From contig JBFXFT010000006.1 of the NCBI GenBank assembly GCA_050178795.1, forward strand, positions 315 to 64,314: a stretch of DNA of 64,000 bases. Reading direction: 5' to 3'. The position numbers were made by a program, and so were the translations under genes. Source of the stretch: Spirochaetales bacterium. Lineage in GTDB: Bacteria; Bacillota; Clostridia; Christensenellales; UBA1242. Position 1 is the first letter of the stretch. The number at the start of each line of letters is the position of its first letter. Positions 48,545-59,386 of the stretch are shown here, piece by piece. The notes under the pieces are model-generated. The model was not told where the DNA came from. It did no database searches and saw only the letters and a program-made list of their open reading frames with translations.

Positions 48545-49951
48545 ATGAAAAGGACAACGATTAAAGAACTATTTACAAACTTAAATTTATATGCAGATAA
48601 ACAAGTTGTAGTTGCAGGTTGGGTAAAAACATTAAGAAACAGCAACACTTTTGGGTTTATTGAATTAAATGATGGAAGTTTTTTTAATAATTTACAAATA
48701 ATTTTTGACGAGGCTGACTTTAAGAACTATGAGGAACTTACAAAAATTAAAATTGGTAGTGCCCTTGTAGTTACAGGTAGGGCTATAGCAACGCCTAATA
48801 ACCCTCAACCATTGGAGGTTAAGGCAACTGAAATTTTTGTTGAAGGTATGTCTACTGACGACTTTCCGCTTCAAAAAAAGCGCCACAGCATAGAGTTTTT
48901 GCGTGAAATTGCATATTTAAGACCACGTACAAATTTGTTTAGAGCCATTTTTAAGGTAAGGAGCGAGGCATCTTTTGCTATTCACAAATTTTTTAACGAG
49001 CGCGGTTTTGTTTATGTTCATACTCCAATAATAACAGGTAGCGACTGCGAGGGCGCTGGCGAAATGTTTAGGGTAACAACGTTAGATTTAAACAACCTTC
49101 CAAGGACGGAAGACGGCAAAATTGACTATAAAAAAGACTTTTTTGGAAAAGAGACCAACCTTACAGTTAGCGGACAATTAAACGTAGAGACTTTTGCACT
49201 TGCTTATAGCAATGTTTATACCTTTGGACCAACCTTTAGGGCAGAAAATTCAAACACTTCTAGGCACGCTGCCGAGTTTTGGATGTTAGAGCCTGAAATT
49301 GTTTTTGCAGATATTAAAGACAATATGAAACTAGCAGAAGATATGATTAAGTATTTAATCAGTTATCTTTTAGAAAATTGCAAAGAGGAAATGACTTTCT
49401 TTGACAGTTTTGTTGAAAATGGTTTAATAGAAAAACTTAAAAAACTTGTAGCAAGCGAGTTTAAACACATAACCTATACCGAGGCAATAGCCCTTCTTGA
49501 AAAAGAGATTAAAGCAGGCAAAGTTGCCTTTGAATACCCTGTAAAATGGGGAATTGATATGCAAAGCGAACACGAAAGATATTTAACAGAAAAAATATTT
49601 AACGGACCAATTTTTGTAACCGATTATCCAAAAGAGATTAAAGCTTTCTATATGCGTATGAATGACGACAATAAAACCGTTGCAGCAATGGATATGTTAG
49701 TTCCAGGAGTAGGCGAGATGATTGGTGGCTCTCAACGTGAAGAAAGACTAGAAAAATTAACAGCAAGAATAAAAGAACTTGGACTAAGAGAAGAGGACTA
49801 TTGGTGGTACTTAAACTTGCGTAAATTTGGTACAGCAACGCACTCTGGCTATGGTCTAGGCTTTGATAGATTCTTAATGTATGTAACTGGTACAACAAAC
49901 ATAAGGGACACTCAACCATTCCCAAGAACAACAAAAAACTGCGAATTTTAG
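48545..49951 (+). CDS. asnS: Asparagine--tRNA ligase
   Basis: '[25 protein letters not shown]' and 'GGSQREER'. The C-terminal region '[17 protein letters not shown]' also fits. Confidence 0.95.
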   Translation: MKRTTIKELFTNLNLYADKQVVVAGWVKTLRNSNTFGFIELNDGSFFNNLQIIFDEADFKNYEELTKIKIGSALVVTGRAIATPNNPQPLEVKATEIFVEGMSTDDFPLQKKRHSIEFLREIAYLRPRTNLFRAIFKVRSEASFAIHKFFNERGFVYVHTPIITGSDCEGAGEMFRVTTLDLNNLPRTEDGKIDYKKDFFGKETNLTVSGQLNVETFALAYSNVYTFGPTFRAENSNTSRHAAEFWMLEPEIVFADIKDNMKLAEDMIKYLISYLLENCKEEMTFFDSFVENGLIEKLKKLVASEFKHITYTEAIALLEKEIKAGKVAFEYPVKWGIDMQSEHERYLTEKIFNGPIFVTDYPKEIKAFYMRMNDDNKTVAAMDMLVPGVGEMIGGSQREERLEKLTARIKELGLREEDYWWYLNLRKFGTATHSGYGLGFDRFLMYVTGTTNIRDTQPFPRTTKNCEF

Positions 49952-49963
49952 GCTTAAATTTTG

Positions 49964-50063
49964 AAAACTTTTTCGTTACTGTCATTAGAAGCCAAACAGT
50001 CATTGACGCAATGTCAACTCCTGCTTGGACTTGAAATGCCGAGCCTCAAATTTTCCTAAAATT
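49964..50063 (+). repeat. Copy B of the ~100-nt repeated intergenic element, in the asnS 3' region
   Basis: It has the same ordered conserved blocks as 29250-29350. Hairpin TTGAC-gcaat-GTCAA lies at 50003-50017. Confidence 0.6.
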
Positions 50064-50097
50064 TAAACCTAAAAGCAATTATAAAATTTTAATGAGT

Positions 50098-50128
50098 AAA
50101 AAAACAACGAATTAACGTTGTTTTTTTG
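50098..50128. terminator. Bidirectional terminator
   Basis: AACAACG-aattaa-CGTTGTT flanked by A and T runs. Confidence 0.8.
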
Positions 50129-50137
50129 TTTTATTAT

Positions 50138-50749
50138 TTATTTTTGAACTTCGTCTTTTAAAGGCTCGTCAAATTGTTCGTAGTATCTTTCTACAGTGTG
50201 TATAAGTGGTTCTTTTTCTTCTTTACCTCTAAATATTCTACCTTCAAAGGTATGAAAGATAAATGAACCATCTTTTCCCTCTTTTAAAATGCCTTTGTCA
50301 TATATTTCAAAATTTCTGTTGTGTTCAGAAGATAAATCAACATATTCTTTCCATTTTTGGTTTACAAAACAGTCATGACCTACTGTTTCTTCAAAATTAC
50401 GATATATGTCTTTTGACTTTTCTACCAATAAAATATCATCAAGTGCCATGGCGAATTCTTCTTTGTTGTTATACTTTACTAGCGTGTGAAAATGTGAAAG
50501 TGCTAAAAAATCTTTATTGTCGTGTGTAACAAATTTGTAACGCGTTTCCTTTAGATAGTCTTCTAAAAACAATGTTTGTTTTATTAGTTTGCCAGCAGGA
50601 AAATAAAATACTTCTTCAATATAACTTTCATAACTATATTCAAAGTATATTTTTTTTACAGTTCCATTTTCCTCTGTTGTTTTAAAAATTCTTTGTGGTT
50701 TTATTTCCATACTGTGTTTGATTGGATCAACTTTTTCCATAACTGTCAC
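50138..50749 (-). CDS. Hypothetical protein
   Basis: 203-aa ORF bounded by a terminator. No family was recognised. Confidence 0.5.
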   Translation of the reverse strand: MTVMEKVDPIKHSMEIKPQRIFKTTEENGTVKKIYFEYSYESYIEEVFYFPAGKLIKQTLFLEDYLKETRYKFVTHDNKDFLALSHFHTLVKYNNKEEFAMALDDILLVEKSKDIYRNFEETVGHDCFVNQKWKEYVDLSSEHNRNFEIYDKGILKEGKDGSFIFHTFEGRIFRGKEEKEPLIHTVERYYEQFDEPLKDEVQK

Positions 50750-50860
50750 CTCTGTAAATATCTTAAGCAGTATAACAATTAAATATCAAAAAGTCAACAG
50801 CAAATTATTTTGCAGTTCATTTCATTTTGCGAATAAGGATTTTATGTATATAATAAAATT

Positions 50861-52684
50861 ATGAACGATTTAATAGTTGACAAATTAAAAAAATTGCCGC
50901 AAAAAAGTGGCGTTTATATTATGAAAAATGCTGGCGGAACAGTTATTTATGTCGGCAAAGCAAAGGTGCTTAAAAATAGAGTATCAAGTTATTTTGTGGG
51001 CATAAAAAAAGATGTAAAAACGCTATCATTAGTTAGTAATATTGCCGACTTTGAATACATTGTTACGCCAAGCGAATATGACGCACTTATTTTAGAAAAC
51101 AACTTAATTAAAAAATATAAACCACATTATAACATTTTGTTAAAGGACAGCAAGACATATCCATACATCAAAATTACAATGCAGGACGACTTTCCTAAAA
51201 TTGAAGTGGTTAGAAAAATTAAAAACGATGGCGCAAAATATTTTGGACCTTATTTTGCTGGAGTTAGCCCAAGTATGCTAATTGAAATGATAAATTATGC
51301 CTATCCAATTAGGACTTGCAATTTAAACTTGAATGACGGCAAAAGGGTAAAACGCGAGTGTTTAAACTATGCACTTGGTCTTTGTTCTGCCCCTTGCACG
51401 AGTAGAATAAGTAAAGAGGATTATTTGCTTCACATAAATGAAGTTATTGACTTTTTAAAGGGTAAAACGAGCGATTTAGAAGCAATTTTAACTTTAAAAA
51501 TGCAAAATGCTGCAAAAATGCAAAAATATGAGACCGCAATAAGAATGCGCGAACAATTAAAAGCACTAGATAGGCTAAAAGAGCAATATACCACACAATT
51601 TACAAACTTTATAGATATGGATATAATTGGTTATTTTGACAATGGCATAAGTGTCGCTATTGCTGTGTTAATAATAAGGGACGGCAAAATGTTAGGGTGC
51701 GACACATTTAATGTCGTGCAAAACGAAGAGGGCAGGGCAGAAAATATTTCGGCTTTTATTAGCCAATATTATTCTAAAAATATTGTCATTCCGCAAGAAA
51801 TAGTTGTGGAAGACAACTTTGAAAAAGAAACTTTGGAAAATTGGCTTAGCACTTTACGAACTAAAAAAGTGCAAATAATGAGCGCACAAAAGGGCACCAA
51901 ACATAAACTTTTAAATTTGGCAAACGAGAACGCAAAGGAATATTTAATTAGGTCAACCGAGAGTCTAAAATTAAAAGAGGAGCGCACAATAGGTGCACTT
52001 AACATATTAAAAGACAAACTTGAATTAAAGACATTGCCACACCGAATTGAGTGTTATGACATATCTAACATAAGCGGAACGGATAAAGTTGCAAGTATGG
52101 TAGTTTTTATTGACGGAGTAAAGGACGTAGGACACTATCGCAAGTTTAAAATAAAGACCGTTGAGGGCTCAAACGACTTTGCAAGTATGGAAGAGACTTT
52201 AAAAAGAAGGTTTATGCGCCTTACAGATAAGGACATAAGTTTTTCAAGCATGCCAGACTTAATTTTAATAGATGGCGGCAAAGGTCAACTAAGTTCTGCT
52301 AAAAAGGCAATAGAGAGTGTCGGCTATTTTAGAACTGACTTAATATCAATAGCAAAAAGGGAAGAAGAAATTTTTAAAGAGGGCATAAGTACGCCATTCA
52401 TATTTACTAGGAGCAACTATGGGCTTCAACTTTTGCAAAGGCTTAGAGATGAGGCGCACAGGTTTGCAATTACCTTCCATAGAAGTTTAAGAGACAAACA
52501 CATAAAGAGCGTCCTAGACGATATTGAGGGCGTAGGCGCTAAGCGCAAAGTGGCATTATTAAAACATTTTAAAAACATTAAAAACATCGCTAAGGCAAGC
52601 GCAGAAGAACTTCAAGCGGTTGGTGGAATAAGCCAAAACATAGCGGTTAAAATTCAACAATTTTTTGCCGATAAAGAGGTTTAA
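50861..52684 (+). CDS. uvrC: Excinuclease ABC subunit C
   Basis: GIY-YIG N-terminus 'SGVYIMKNAGGTVIYVGKAKVLKNRV', 'ECYDISN' and C-terminal (HhH)2 'IEGVGAKRKVALLKHF'. Confidence 0.95.
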   Translation: MNDLIVDKLKKLPQKSGVYIMKNAGGTVIYVGKAKVLKNRVSSYFVGIKKDVKTLSLVSNIADFEYIVTPSEYDALILENNLIKKYKPHYNILLKDSKTYPYIKITMQDDFPKIEVVRKIKNDGAKYFGPYFAGVSPSMLIEMINYAYPIRTCNLNLNDGKRVKRECLNYALGLCSAPCTSRISKEDYLLHINEVIDFLKGKTSDLEAILTLKMQNAAKMQKYETAIRMREQLKALDRLKEQYTTQFTNFIDMDIIGYFDNGISVAIAVLIIRDGKMLGCDTFNVVQNEEGRAENISAFISQYYSKNIVIPQEIVVEDNFEKETLENWLSTLRTKKVQIMSAQKGTKHKLLNLANENAKEYLIRSTESLKLKEERTIGALNILKDKLELKTLPHRIECYDISNISGTDKVASMVVFIDGVKDVGHYRKFKIKTVEGSNDFASMEETLKRRFMRLTDKDISFSSMPDLILIDGGKGQLSSAKKAIESVGYFRTDLISIAKREEEIFKEGISTPFIFTRSNYGLQLLQRLRDEAHRFAITFHRSLRDKHIKSVLDDIEGVGAKRKVALLKHFKNIKNIAKASAEELQAVGGISQNIAVKIQQFFADKEV

Positions 52685-52769
52685 AATAAACTTAAAGTTT
52701 TACCAAAAATGGTTTGGAAAACTCTTTAACTTGGGGTAAAATTAGTATAGTAAATTAAAAGGAATTTAT

Positions 52770-53528
52770 ATGAAATTATTTGGCGATTATCACACTCATA
52801 CAATATATAGTCACGGCAAAGGCAAAATTGAGGACAATGTAAGGGTGGCGGAGGAAAAAGGCTTAAAAGAAGTTGCAATTACGGACCACGGCTTTTCGCA
52901 CAAACTATATAGCGTTTTAAGAAAAGAAATACCTATTATGCGTAGGCAAATTGAAGACCTAAGAAGCAGGTACAATGTCAATATTCTACTTGGTGTTGAG
53001 GCAAATTTAATATCTATGAACGGCGACATTGATGTTTTACAAGATGACGAAGAACAATTAGATATTATTTTAATGGGTTTTCACAAAAGAATTTACGCAC
53101 ATAGCCTTAAAGACCGTTTTAAATTTTTTATTATGAATACTCTATCTAAAATTTTTGGGGTTAGCAATAAACGTTTACAAATAAATACAGATTCATACCT
53201 AAAAGCGCTTGAAAAAAACAACATAGATGTAATAACTCATTTGGGGTATGGTATGCCAGTTGATGCCGTGCAAGTTGCAAGGGCGTGCAAAGAGCATAAC
53301 ACTTATTTAGAGTTAAATGGCAAAAGAATTTTGTTTAAAGAAGACGAAATGCAAAAAATAATAGACACTGGCGTAAAATTTATAATAAACTCTGACGCGC
53401 ATTCAACTGGTAAAATAGGCGAATGTCCGCTAGGCATTAAGTACGCTTTAAAGTACAACATTCCGCTAGAACAAATTGCCAACATAAACAAATTACCAAC
53501 CTTTAAAAAACATAAAAACACAATTTAA
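52770..53528 (+). CDS. PHP-domain metal-dependent phosphoesterase
   Basis: 'DYHTHTIYSHG', 'ITDHG' and 'INSDAHS'. Confidence 0.7.
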   Translation: MKLFGDYHTHTIYSHGKGKIEDNVRVAEEKGLKEVAITDHGFSHKLYSVLRKEIPIMRRQIEDLRSRYNVNILLGVEANLISMNGDIDVLQDDEEQLDIILMGFHKRIYAHSLKDRFKFFIMNTLSKIFGVSNKRLQINTDSYLKALEKNNIDVITHLGYGMPVDAVQVARACKEHNTYLELNGKRILFKEDEMQKIIDTGVKFIINSDAHSTGKIGECPLGIKYALKYNIPLEQIANINKLPTFKKHKNTI

Positions 53529-53545
53529 TTTTTGGAGAAATTTAT

Positions 53546-54523
53546 ATGTCTTTTTCCTATAAAACAAAAATAGAGCTTTCAAAATTGCCGCTTCAAAACG
53601 AGTGTTGCTATTTGGCAGAACTTTCGGCAATCATAAGAACAGCAGGCACAATATTTTTAGAAAATGGCAAACTCGGAGTGTTAATTAGAACCGAAATACC
53701 CGAAGTTTATGCAAAAATTAATACAATTCTAGAAAAATTGTATGGTTTTTCTGTGGAACTTGAACTTGCTGAGGACGAGGCATATTATTTTAATGTTAGG
53801 TACGAAATAAAAATTTCTACCGAGCACGCTAGTGAAGTTTTAACGGATTGTGGTATAATTTATCTAGACGACAATCACCAAACCGAATTTAATGTTGGAA
53901 TAGACAAATACATAGTTATGGACGACTGTTGCAAAAAAAGTTACATTCGCGGTGCCTTTATTGGCTGCGGAACAACAAACATTGTACTTAGCGACCAAAG
54001 CGAAAAGGTAGACCGCATAAATTCTGGCTATCACTTGGAGTTTGTTTTTAGTAATGATGCTCTTGCGACAGACTTTGCAATGCTACTTGCAGAATTTGAC
54101 ATAATAAGCAAAAAGGTTGAAAGGCGCGCTAGTTACATAGTCTACTTAAAAGAGGGCGAAATAATTAGTGACTTACTCGCTTTAATGGGGGCTAGCCACT
54201 CGGTACTTGAACTTCAAAACGAGATTACTTTTAGAAGTTTAAGAAATCAAGTCAATCGCCAAAATAACTGCCTGACTGCAAACATTGGTAAAGTTGTAAA
54301 TGCAAGTTTAAAACAATTAAACGCAATAGAAACAATAAAGCAAATAATAGGAATTCAACAACTTCCACTTCCTCTTCAAGAGGCGGCAATGCTAAGGCTT
54401 GCAAACCCAGAGGAAAGTTTAGATAATTTAGTTAAATTAAGTGCAGCGCCAATAACAAAGAGTGGTCTTAACCACAGGTTAAAAAGGCTAATAGAAATAG
54501 CAGACGAATTAAACTCCAAATAA
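53546..54523 (+). CDS. whiA: DNA-binding protein WhiA
   Basis: 'SFSYKTKIELSKL' at the N-terminus, LAGLIDADG-like repeats ('YIRGAFIGCG'), and C-terminal HTH 'ITKSGLNHRLKRL'. Confidence 0.9.
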   Translation: MSFSYKTKIELSKLPLQNECCYLAELSAIIRTAGTIFLENGKLGVLIRTEIPEVYAKINTILEKLYGFSVELELAEDEAYYFNVRYEIKISTEHASEVLTDCGIIYLDDNHQTEFNVGIDKYIVMDDCCKKSYIRGAFIGCGTTNIVLSDQSEKVDRINSGYHLEFVFSNDALATDFAMLLAEFDIISKKVERRASYIVYLKEGEIISDLLALMGASHSVLELQNEITFRSLRNQVNRQNNCLTANIGKVVNASLKQLNAIETIKQIIGIQQLPLPLQEAAMLRLANPEESLDNLVKLSAAPITKSGLNHRLKRLIEIADELNSK

Positions 54524-54541
54524 AAACAAAAGGAAACTTTT

Positions 54542-57500
54542 ATGAAACAATTTGTTCACTTACACGTACATACCGAATATAGCCTACTTGACGGCGTTGC
54601 AAGAATTAAAAAACTTGTAAAAACTGTTGGCGACTATAATATGCCTGCGGTGGCTATTACTGACCACGGCAACATGTATGGTGTGTATAAGTTTTACAAA
54701 GAGGTTATGGGTTATAACGATAAAATAAAAGAACACAACTCAAACCCAGACAATAAAGACAATTTGAAAACACCTATTAAGGCAATTATAGGTTGCGAGT
54801 TTTATGTCGCTAATGACCGCTTTCAAAGAAACGGAAGACCAGAACTAGCACACTTAATTTTGCTTGCAAAAAATCAACAAGGTTACAAAAACTTAGTTAA
54901 ACTTAGTTCACTATCATTTGTTGAAGGCTTTTACTACAAACCAAGGATTGATTACGACCTACTTGAAAAATATAGCGAGGGTTTAATTTGTCTTTCCGCC
55001 TGTTTAGCAGGAGATATCCCACAATTTATTATGGCAAGGCAATACGACGAGGCAGAAAAACTTGCAAAGCGTCTAAAAGGTATGTTTGGAGACGACTTTT
55101 ATTTGGAACTTCAAAACCACAAAATGCCAGAGCAAATTGCAATTTTAAAACCGCTTGAAGAACTTGGCAAAAAATTAAACATAAAACTAGTGGCAACAAA
55201 TGACGCTCACTACATATATAGAGAAGACGCAGAAACTCAAGACGTTTTAATGTGTTTACAAATGGGTAAGCGCTATGACGACCCCAACAGGATGAAATTT
55301 CCTACTGAGGAATTTTACATAAAGACTTATGACGAGATGCATGAGGTTTTAGGTGGCTATGAAGAGGCACTTGACAACACGCTTGAAATTATGAACAAGT
55401 GCGAGCAAGTGCATATTAAGCACGAAAAACTAATACCTAGTTTTACAACTCCAGACGGAAGTAAGCCAATAGATTACTTAAAGATGTTGGTTGAAAATGG
55501 CTTAAAGAAAAAATATAAAGAGATAACCCCAGAGATTAGGGCAAGGGTAGATATGGAACTTGGCGTAATTGAAAAGATGGGCTTTGTTGATTACTTTTTA
55601 ATTGTTTGGGACTTTATTAATTACTCTAAGAGCATAAATGTGCCAGTAGGTCCAGGTCGTGGTTCTGGTGCTGGCAGTATTGTAGCCTACACTAGTGGAA
55701 TAACAGATGTTGAACCGCTACAATATAACCTACTTTTTGAGCGCTTTTTGAACCCAGATAGGGTTAGCATGCCAGACTTTGATATTGACTTTGGAGATGG
55801 CAGAGACGATGTTATTGACTATGTAGTTAAAAAATATGGAGAGGATAAAACTAGCCAAATTATTACATACGGAACAATGGCATCAAAGGCGGCAGTCAAA
55901 GACGTTGCAAGGGTGCTTGGCATACCTGCAAGCGAGGCAAACGCACTAACCAAAAAAATTGATGTCTTTAAAATTAAGGGCGACAGCAAGTTAAAAAGAG
56001 TATTTGGATTAGGCAGTGACGAGGACACAAAAAAATATGGAAATCCAGAACTTATACAAATATATAACGACGACCCAAAAATAAAAAAGGTAGTTGACCT
56101 TGCAATTAAACTTGAGGGTGTACCTCGTCAAGTAGGGCAACACGCAGCAGGCGTTATTATTTGCGAATATCCTTTAAACGAGCACGTGCCAATGGCACTT
56201 GCAAAAACTCCAAAAGGCGATAAAATTGTAACTCAATTTGATATGATAGAGGCGGAGGAACTTGGTCTATTAAAGATGGACTTTTTAGGGCTTCGCACCC
56301 TTACAGATATTCAAAAAACTATTGAAATAGTAAAGAAAGTCCACAATGTAGATATAGACTTTGACAAGATGACGCTTGACGACAAAAAAGTGTACGAAAT
56401 GATAGGAAATGGTGATACCGACCTAGTGTTCCAACTTGAAAGTGGCGGTTTTAAAAAGTTTATGAAAGACTTAAAACCAGACCAAATAGAGGATATTATT
56501 GCAGGCGTTAGTCTTTATAGACCGGGACCTATGGACTATATACCAGACTATGTAAAAAACAAAAAGAATCCTAAGGGTATAGTATATGATTTGCCGTCTT
56601 TAAAATCTATTTTGGAGCCTACTTACGGTGTTATTGTTTATCAAGAGCAAGTTATGCAGATCTTCCAAGAGATGGCTGGCTATTCACTTGGTCAAGCAGA
56701 TATTGTTAGACGTGCGATGAGTAAGAAAAAACACAAGGTACTAGCAGAGCATAAAGAATACTTTATTTCAGGCAAGGACGATAAAGATGGAACGCCAGCG
56801 ATTGATGGCGCCATAAAACGCGGCGCAACTAGGGAAATTGCAGAAAAAGTCTACAATAAAATGGAGAGTTTTGCGAGTTATGCGTTCAATAAGTCTCACG
56901 CTGCAGGCTATGCTTACATAAGTTATCAAACGGCTTATTTAAAAAAATATTACCCAGTTGAGCTATACACTGCGACATTAAATAACCGCATTGATAAGAG
57001 TGAAGATATTGCAAAATACACGATAAGTGCAAAGGAACACGGCATTGAAATTTTACCTCCAAGCATAAGTAAGAGCGACACATATTTTGCCGTTGAAAAC
57101 GGAAAAATTAGGTTTGGACTTGCTGCACTTAAAAACGTGGGCGTTGCCCTTGTTGATGAAATAGTAACCGAAAGAAATGAAAATGGCAATTTTAGCGACC
57201 TTTATGACTTTATTAGTCGTTTGAGTTCAAAAGCGGTAAATAAACGCTGTATTGAAGCCTTTATTTTGAGCGGTGCTTTTGACGAATTTGGTTACAAGCG
57301 TAGTCAATTAATGGCGGTTTATGAGGGCATTGTAGACAGGGTAAATAGCGACAAAAAAAATCAAGCGTGCGGTCAATTTTCTATGTTTGACACACTTTTA
57401 AAAGATGATACAAGTCTAACAAAAATTGATTACCCTAATATACCTGAATTTACCGAGAATGAACTATTTAAAAATGAAAAAGAAATCGCTGGAATATATA

Positions 57501-58216
57501 TATCTGGTCACCCACTTGATAAGTATTTAGACAGGTTTGCAAACTATAACTGCAATAGCCAAATGTTAGCAGAACTTCAAAAAGAGGTGGTGCTAGATGA
57601 AGAAGGCAATGAAATTGAAGTAGAAAAACCGACCGAGTTTGAAAGTGAAGAGGACAATACAGAAATTAATGATATGCCGTTACTTGTTGATGGTATGGAA
57701 GTAAGTGTCGGCGGTATAATTAGCGAAGTTAAAAAAGTATTTAGGCGCAATGACAACAAGGAAATGGCAATAATAACCATTGAAGACATTTATGGTTCAA
57801 TAGAGCTTATGTTTGTTCCAAATACTTGGGCTAAACTTAAAAAAGAAATGGTTGAAGATGTAATGTCAACCTTTACAGGCAAATTAAGTATTCGTGAGGG
57901 TGAAAGACCAATAATAATAGTTAGTGGAATTGAACTTTGGAATACAGAAAAAGCGGGAAATGGTACAGTTGAGGTAATAGAAATTCAACAACCTAAGAAA
58001 ACGCCTACACTTTACTTGAAATTTGACACAAAAAATAATAAACTATATTCAAGTATTGTAAAAGTTTTAGAGCAATACGACGGAGATAGCAGAATAATAG
58101 TACGATGTGCTAGTTCTGGAGTCGCTTTAGAAATAAAACACCCAGTAAAAATTAGTCCAAAACTACTTCGCGAACTTCAAGCGTTTATCAGTGACGAGTG
58201 CATAAAAGTTGCATAG
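54542..58216 (+). CDS. dnaE: DNA polymerase III alpha subunit (DnaE type)
   Basis: PHP N-terminus 'FVHLHVHTEYSLLDG', 'PDFDIDF', 'FNKSHAAGYAYISYQTAYLK', and a 1224-aa size. Confidence 0.95.
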   Translation: MKQFVHLHVHTEYSLLDGVARIKKLVKTVGDYNMPAVAITDHGNMYGVYKFYKEVMGYNDKIKEHNSNPDNKDNLKTPIKAIIGCEFYVANDRFQRNGRPELAHLILLAKNQQGYKNLVKLSSLSFVEGFYYKPRIDYDLLEKYSEGLICLSACLAGDIPQFIMARQYDEAEKLAKRLKGMFGDDFYLELQNHKMPEQIAILKPLEELGKKLNIKLVATNDAHYIYREDAETQDVLMCLQMGKRYDDPNRMKFPTEEFYIKTYDEMHEVLGGYEEALDNTLEIMNKCEQVHIKHEKLIPSFTTPDGSKPIDYLKMLVENGLKKKYKEITPEIRARVDMELGVIEKMGFVDYFLIVWDFINYSKSINVPVGPGRGSGAGSIVAYTSGITDVEPLQYNLLFERFLNPDRVSMPDFDIDFGDGRDDVIDYVVKKYGEDKTSQIITYGTMASKAAVKDVARVLGIPASEANALTKKIDVFKIKGDSKLKRVFGLGSDEDTKKYGNPELIQIYNDDPKIKKVVDLAIKLEGVPRQVGQHAAGVIICEYPLNEHVPMALAKTPKGDKIVTQFDMIEAEELGLLKMDFLGLRTLTDIQKTIEIVKKVHNVDIDFDKMTLDDKKVYEMIGNGDTDLVFQLESGGFKKFMKDLKPDQIEDIIAGVSLYRPGPMDYIPDYVKNKKNPKGIVYDLPSLKSILEPTYGVIVYQEQVMQIFQEMAGYSLGQADIVRRAMSKKKHKVLAEHKEYFISGKDDKDGTPAIDGAIKRGATREIAEKVYNKMESFASYAFNKSHAAGYAYISYQTAYLKKYYPVELYTATLNNRIDKSEDIAKYTISAKEHGIEILPPSISKSDTYFAVENGKIRFGLAALKNVGVALVDEIVTERNENGNFSDLYDFISRLSSKAVNKRCIEAFILSGAFDEFGYKRSQLMAVYEGIVDRVNSDKKNQACGQFSMFDTLLKDDTSLTKIDYPNIPEFTENELFKNEKEIAGIYISGHPLDKYLDRFANYNCNSQMLAELQKEVVLDEEGNEIEVEKPTEFESEEDNTEINDMPLLVDGMEVSVGGIISEVKKVFRRNDNKEMAIITIEDIYGSIELMFVPNTWAKLKKEMVEDVMSTFTGKLSIREGERPIIIVSGIELWNTEKAGNGTVEVIEIQQPKKTPTLYLKFDTKNNKLYSSIVKVLEQYDGDSRIIVRCASSGVALEIKHPVKISPKLLRELQAFISDECIKVA

Positions 58217-58230
58217 AGGAGAAGATATGT

Positions 58231-59190
58231 ATGAAAAAAATAGCAGTTTTAACTAGCGGTGGCGATGCACCAGGAATGAATGCTTGCTTGGCAAATTTAT
58301 TTGAGTTGTGTAAGAGGTTTAATTATAGGCTTATTTGTTTTAGACAAGGCTATATAGGACTAATTGATAACGATTTTGTCATTTTAAAAGAGCACGATAT
58401 TGAAAATATCTACTCACTTGGCGGAAGCATAATTAAGACTGGCAGAAGCAAGGAATTTTTGACAAAAGAGGGACAATTAAAAGCCATTGAAACGTTAAAA
58501 ATAAACGATATTGACACGTTAATTGTAATAGGTGGTAATGGCTCTTATAGGGGTGCACAAGACCTAGAAAAACTAGGGGTAAAAGTAATAGCAATACCTG
58601 GAACTATTGACAATGACTTAAATTACAGTACACGCAGTTTAGGCTTTGATACTGCTGTAAACAATAGCGTAAGTGCGATAGATAAAATTAAAGACACGAT
58701 GAGCGCAAATAACAGAGGCGTAGTAATAGAAGTTATGGGTCGCAACAGTGGGGACATAGCATTATATTCAGCAGTTGCAAGTAACGCAAACGCCATTGTG
58801 GTTAAAGAAGTACCAGAGAGCAAAAACGAAATTATAGGTAGCGTTGAGCGTGCCATAAAAAGAGGCGTAACAAGCCCAACAGTAGTGGTTGCAGAAAATA
58901 TTTTAGACTCGGCAAAACTAGCCGAAACCCTGGAAGCAAAAACAGGTATTACCTTTAAAACAACTGTGCTTGGTTACATTCAAAGAGGTGGCAATCCAAC
59001 CGTGTTTGATAGGAACTTTGCTATGCAACTAGCGGTTAAGTCTATTGAACTTATTGAGGTCGGTAAGCACAACATAGCAATAGGTATGAAAAATGGTAAA
59101 ATTCATTGCGAAAACCTAGACAAAGTGCTTACAGAAAAGACAAATTTCAATTTTGAGTTGTACGACCTATTTAAAAAATTAAACAGTTAG
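58231..59190 (+). CDS. pfkA: ATP-dependent 6-phosphofructokinase
   Basis: 'MKKIAVLTSGGDAPGMNA', 'IPGTIDNDL' and 'TVLGYIQRGG'. RBS AGAGGAG precedes the ATG at 58231. Confidence 0.95.
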   Translation: MKKIAVLTSGGDAPGMNACLANLFELCKRFNYRLICFRQGYIGLIDNDFVILKEHDIENIYSLGGSIIKTGRSKEFLTKEGQLKAIETLKINDIDTLIVIGGNGSYRGAQDLEKLGVKVIAIPGTIDNDLNYSTRSLGFDTAVNNSVSAIDKIKDTMSANNRGVVIEVMGRNSGDIALYSAVASNANAIVVKEVPESKNEIIGSVERAIKRGVTSPTVVVAENILDSAKLAETLEAKTGITFKTTVLGYIQRGGNPTVFDRNFAMQLAVKSIELIEVGKHNIAIGMKNGKIHCENLDKVLTEKTNFNFELYDLFKKLNS

Positions 59191-59241
59191 TTTTTCAAAA
59201 ATTTGTACCAGCGATTATTGAATAAAAAGCATTAAAATTGA

Positions 59242-59336
59242 TTGACAATTTTATATCATAATTATATAATTAAACGCATTAATAGAACAGTGTGGTTTCA
59301 TACAGCCTAGTCCCTAGGCTGTGTGGGCTATTTTTA
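59242..59336 (+). promoter_or_regulatory. greA promoter plus leader hairpin/T-tract (possible attenuator)
   Basis: TTGACA (59242-59247), a 17-nt spacer, then TATAAT (59265-59270). A 9-bp perfect stem ACAGCCTAG-tcc-CTAGGCTGT lies at 59302-59322, followed by GTGGGCTATTTTT. Confidence 0.45.
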
Positions 59337-59386
59337 TTAATTTAATTTAGCTAAAAAATACTTTTTAGTATTTTGCGAGGTGGACT

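Noticed and set aside
49638-50003. 121-aa minus-strand ORF starting inside repeat copy B (ATGACTGTT...)
   Set aside because: It runs antisense through the conserved 3' end of asnS. The equivalent ATG in copy A gives only a 16-aa unrelated peptide, so the shared ATG is not a conserved coding start.
50750-50860. LexA (Cheo) box upstream of uvrC
   Set aside because: No CGAAC-n4-GTTCG-like dyad is seen.
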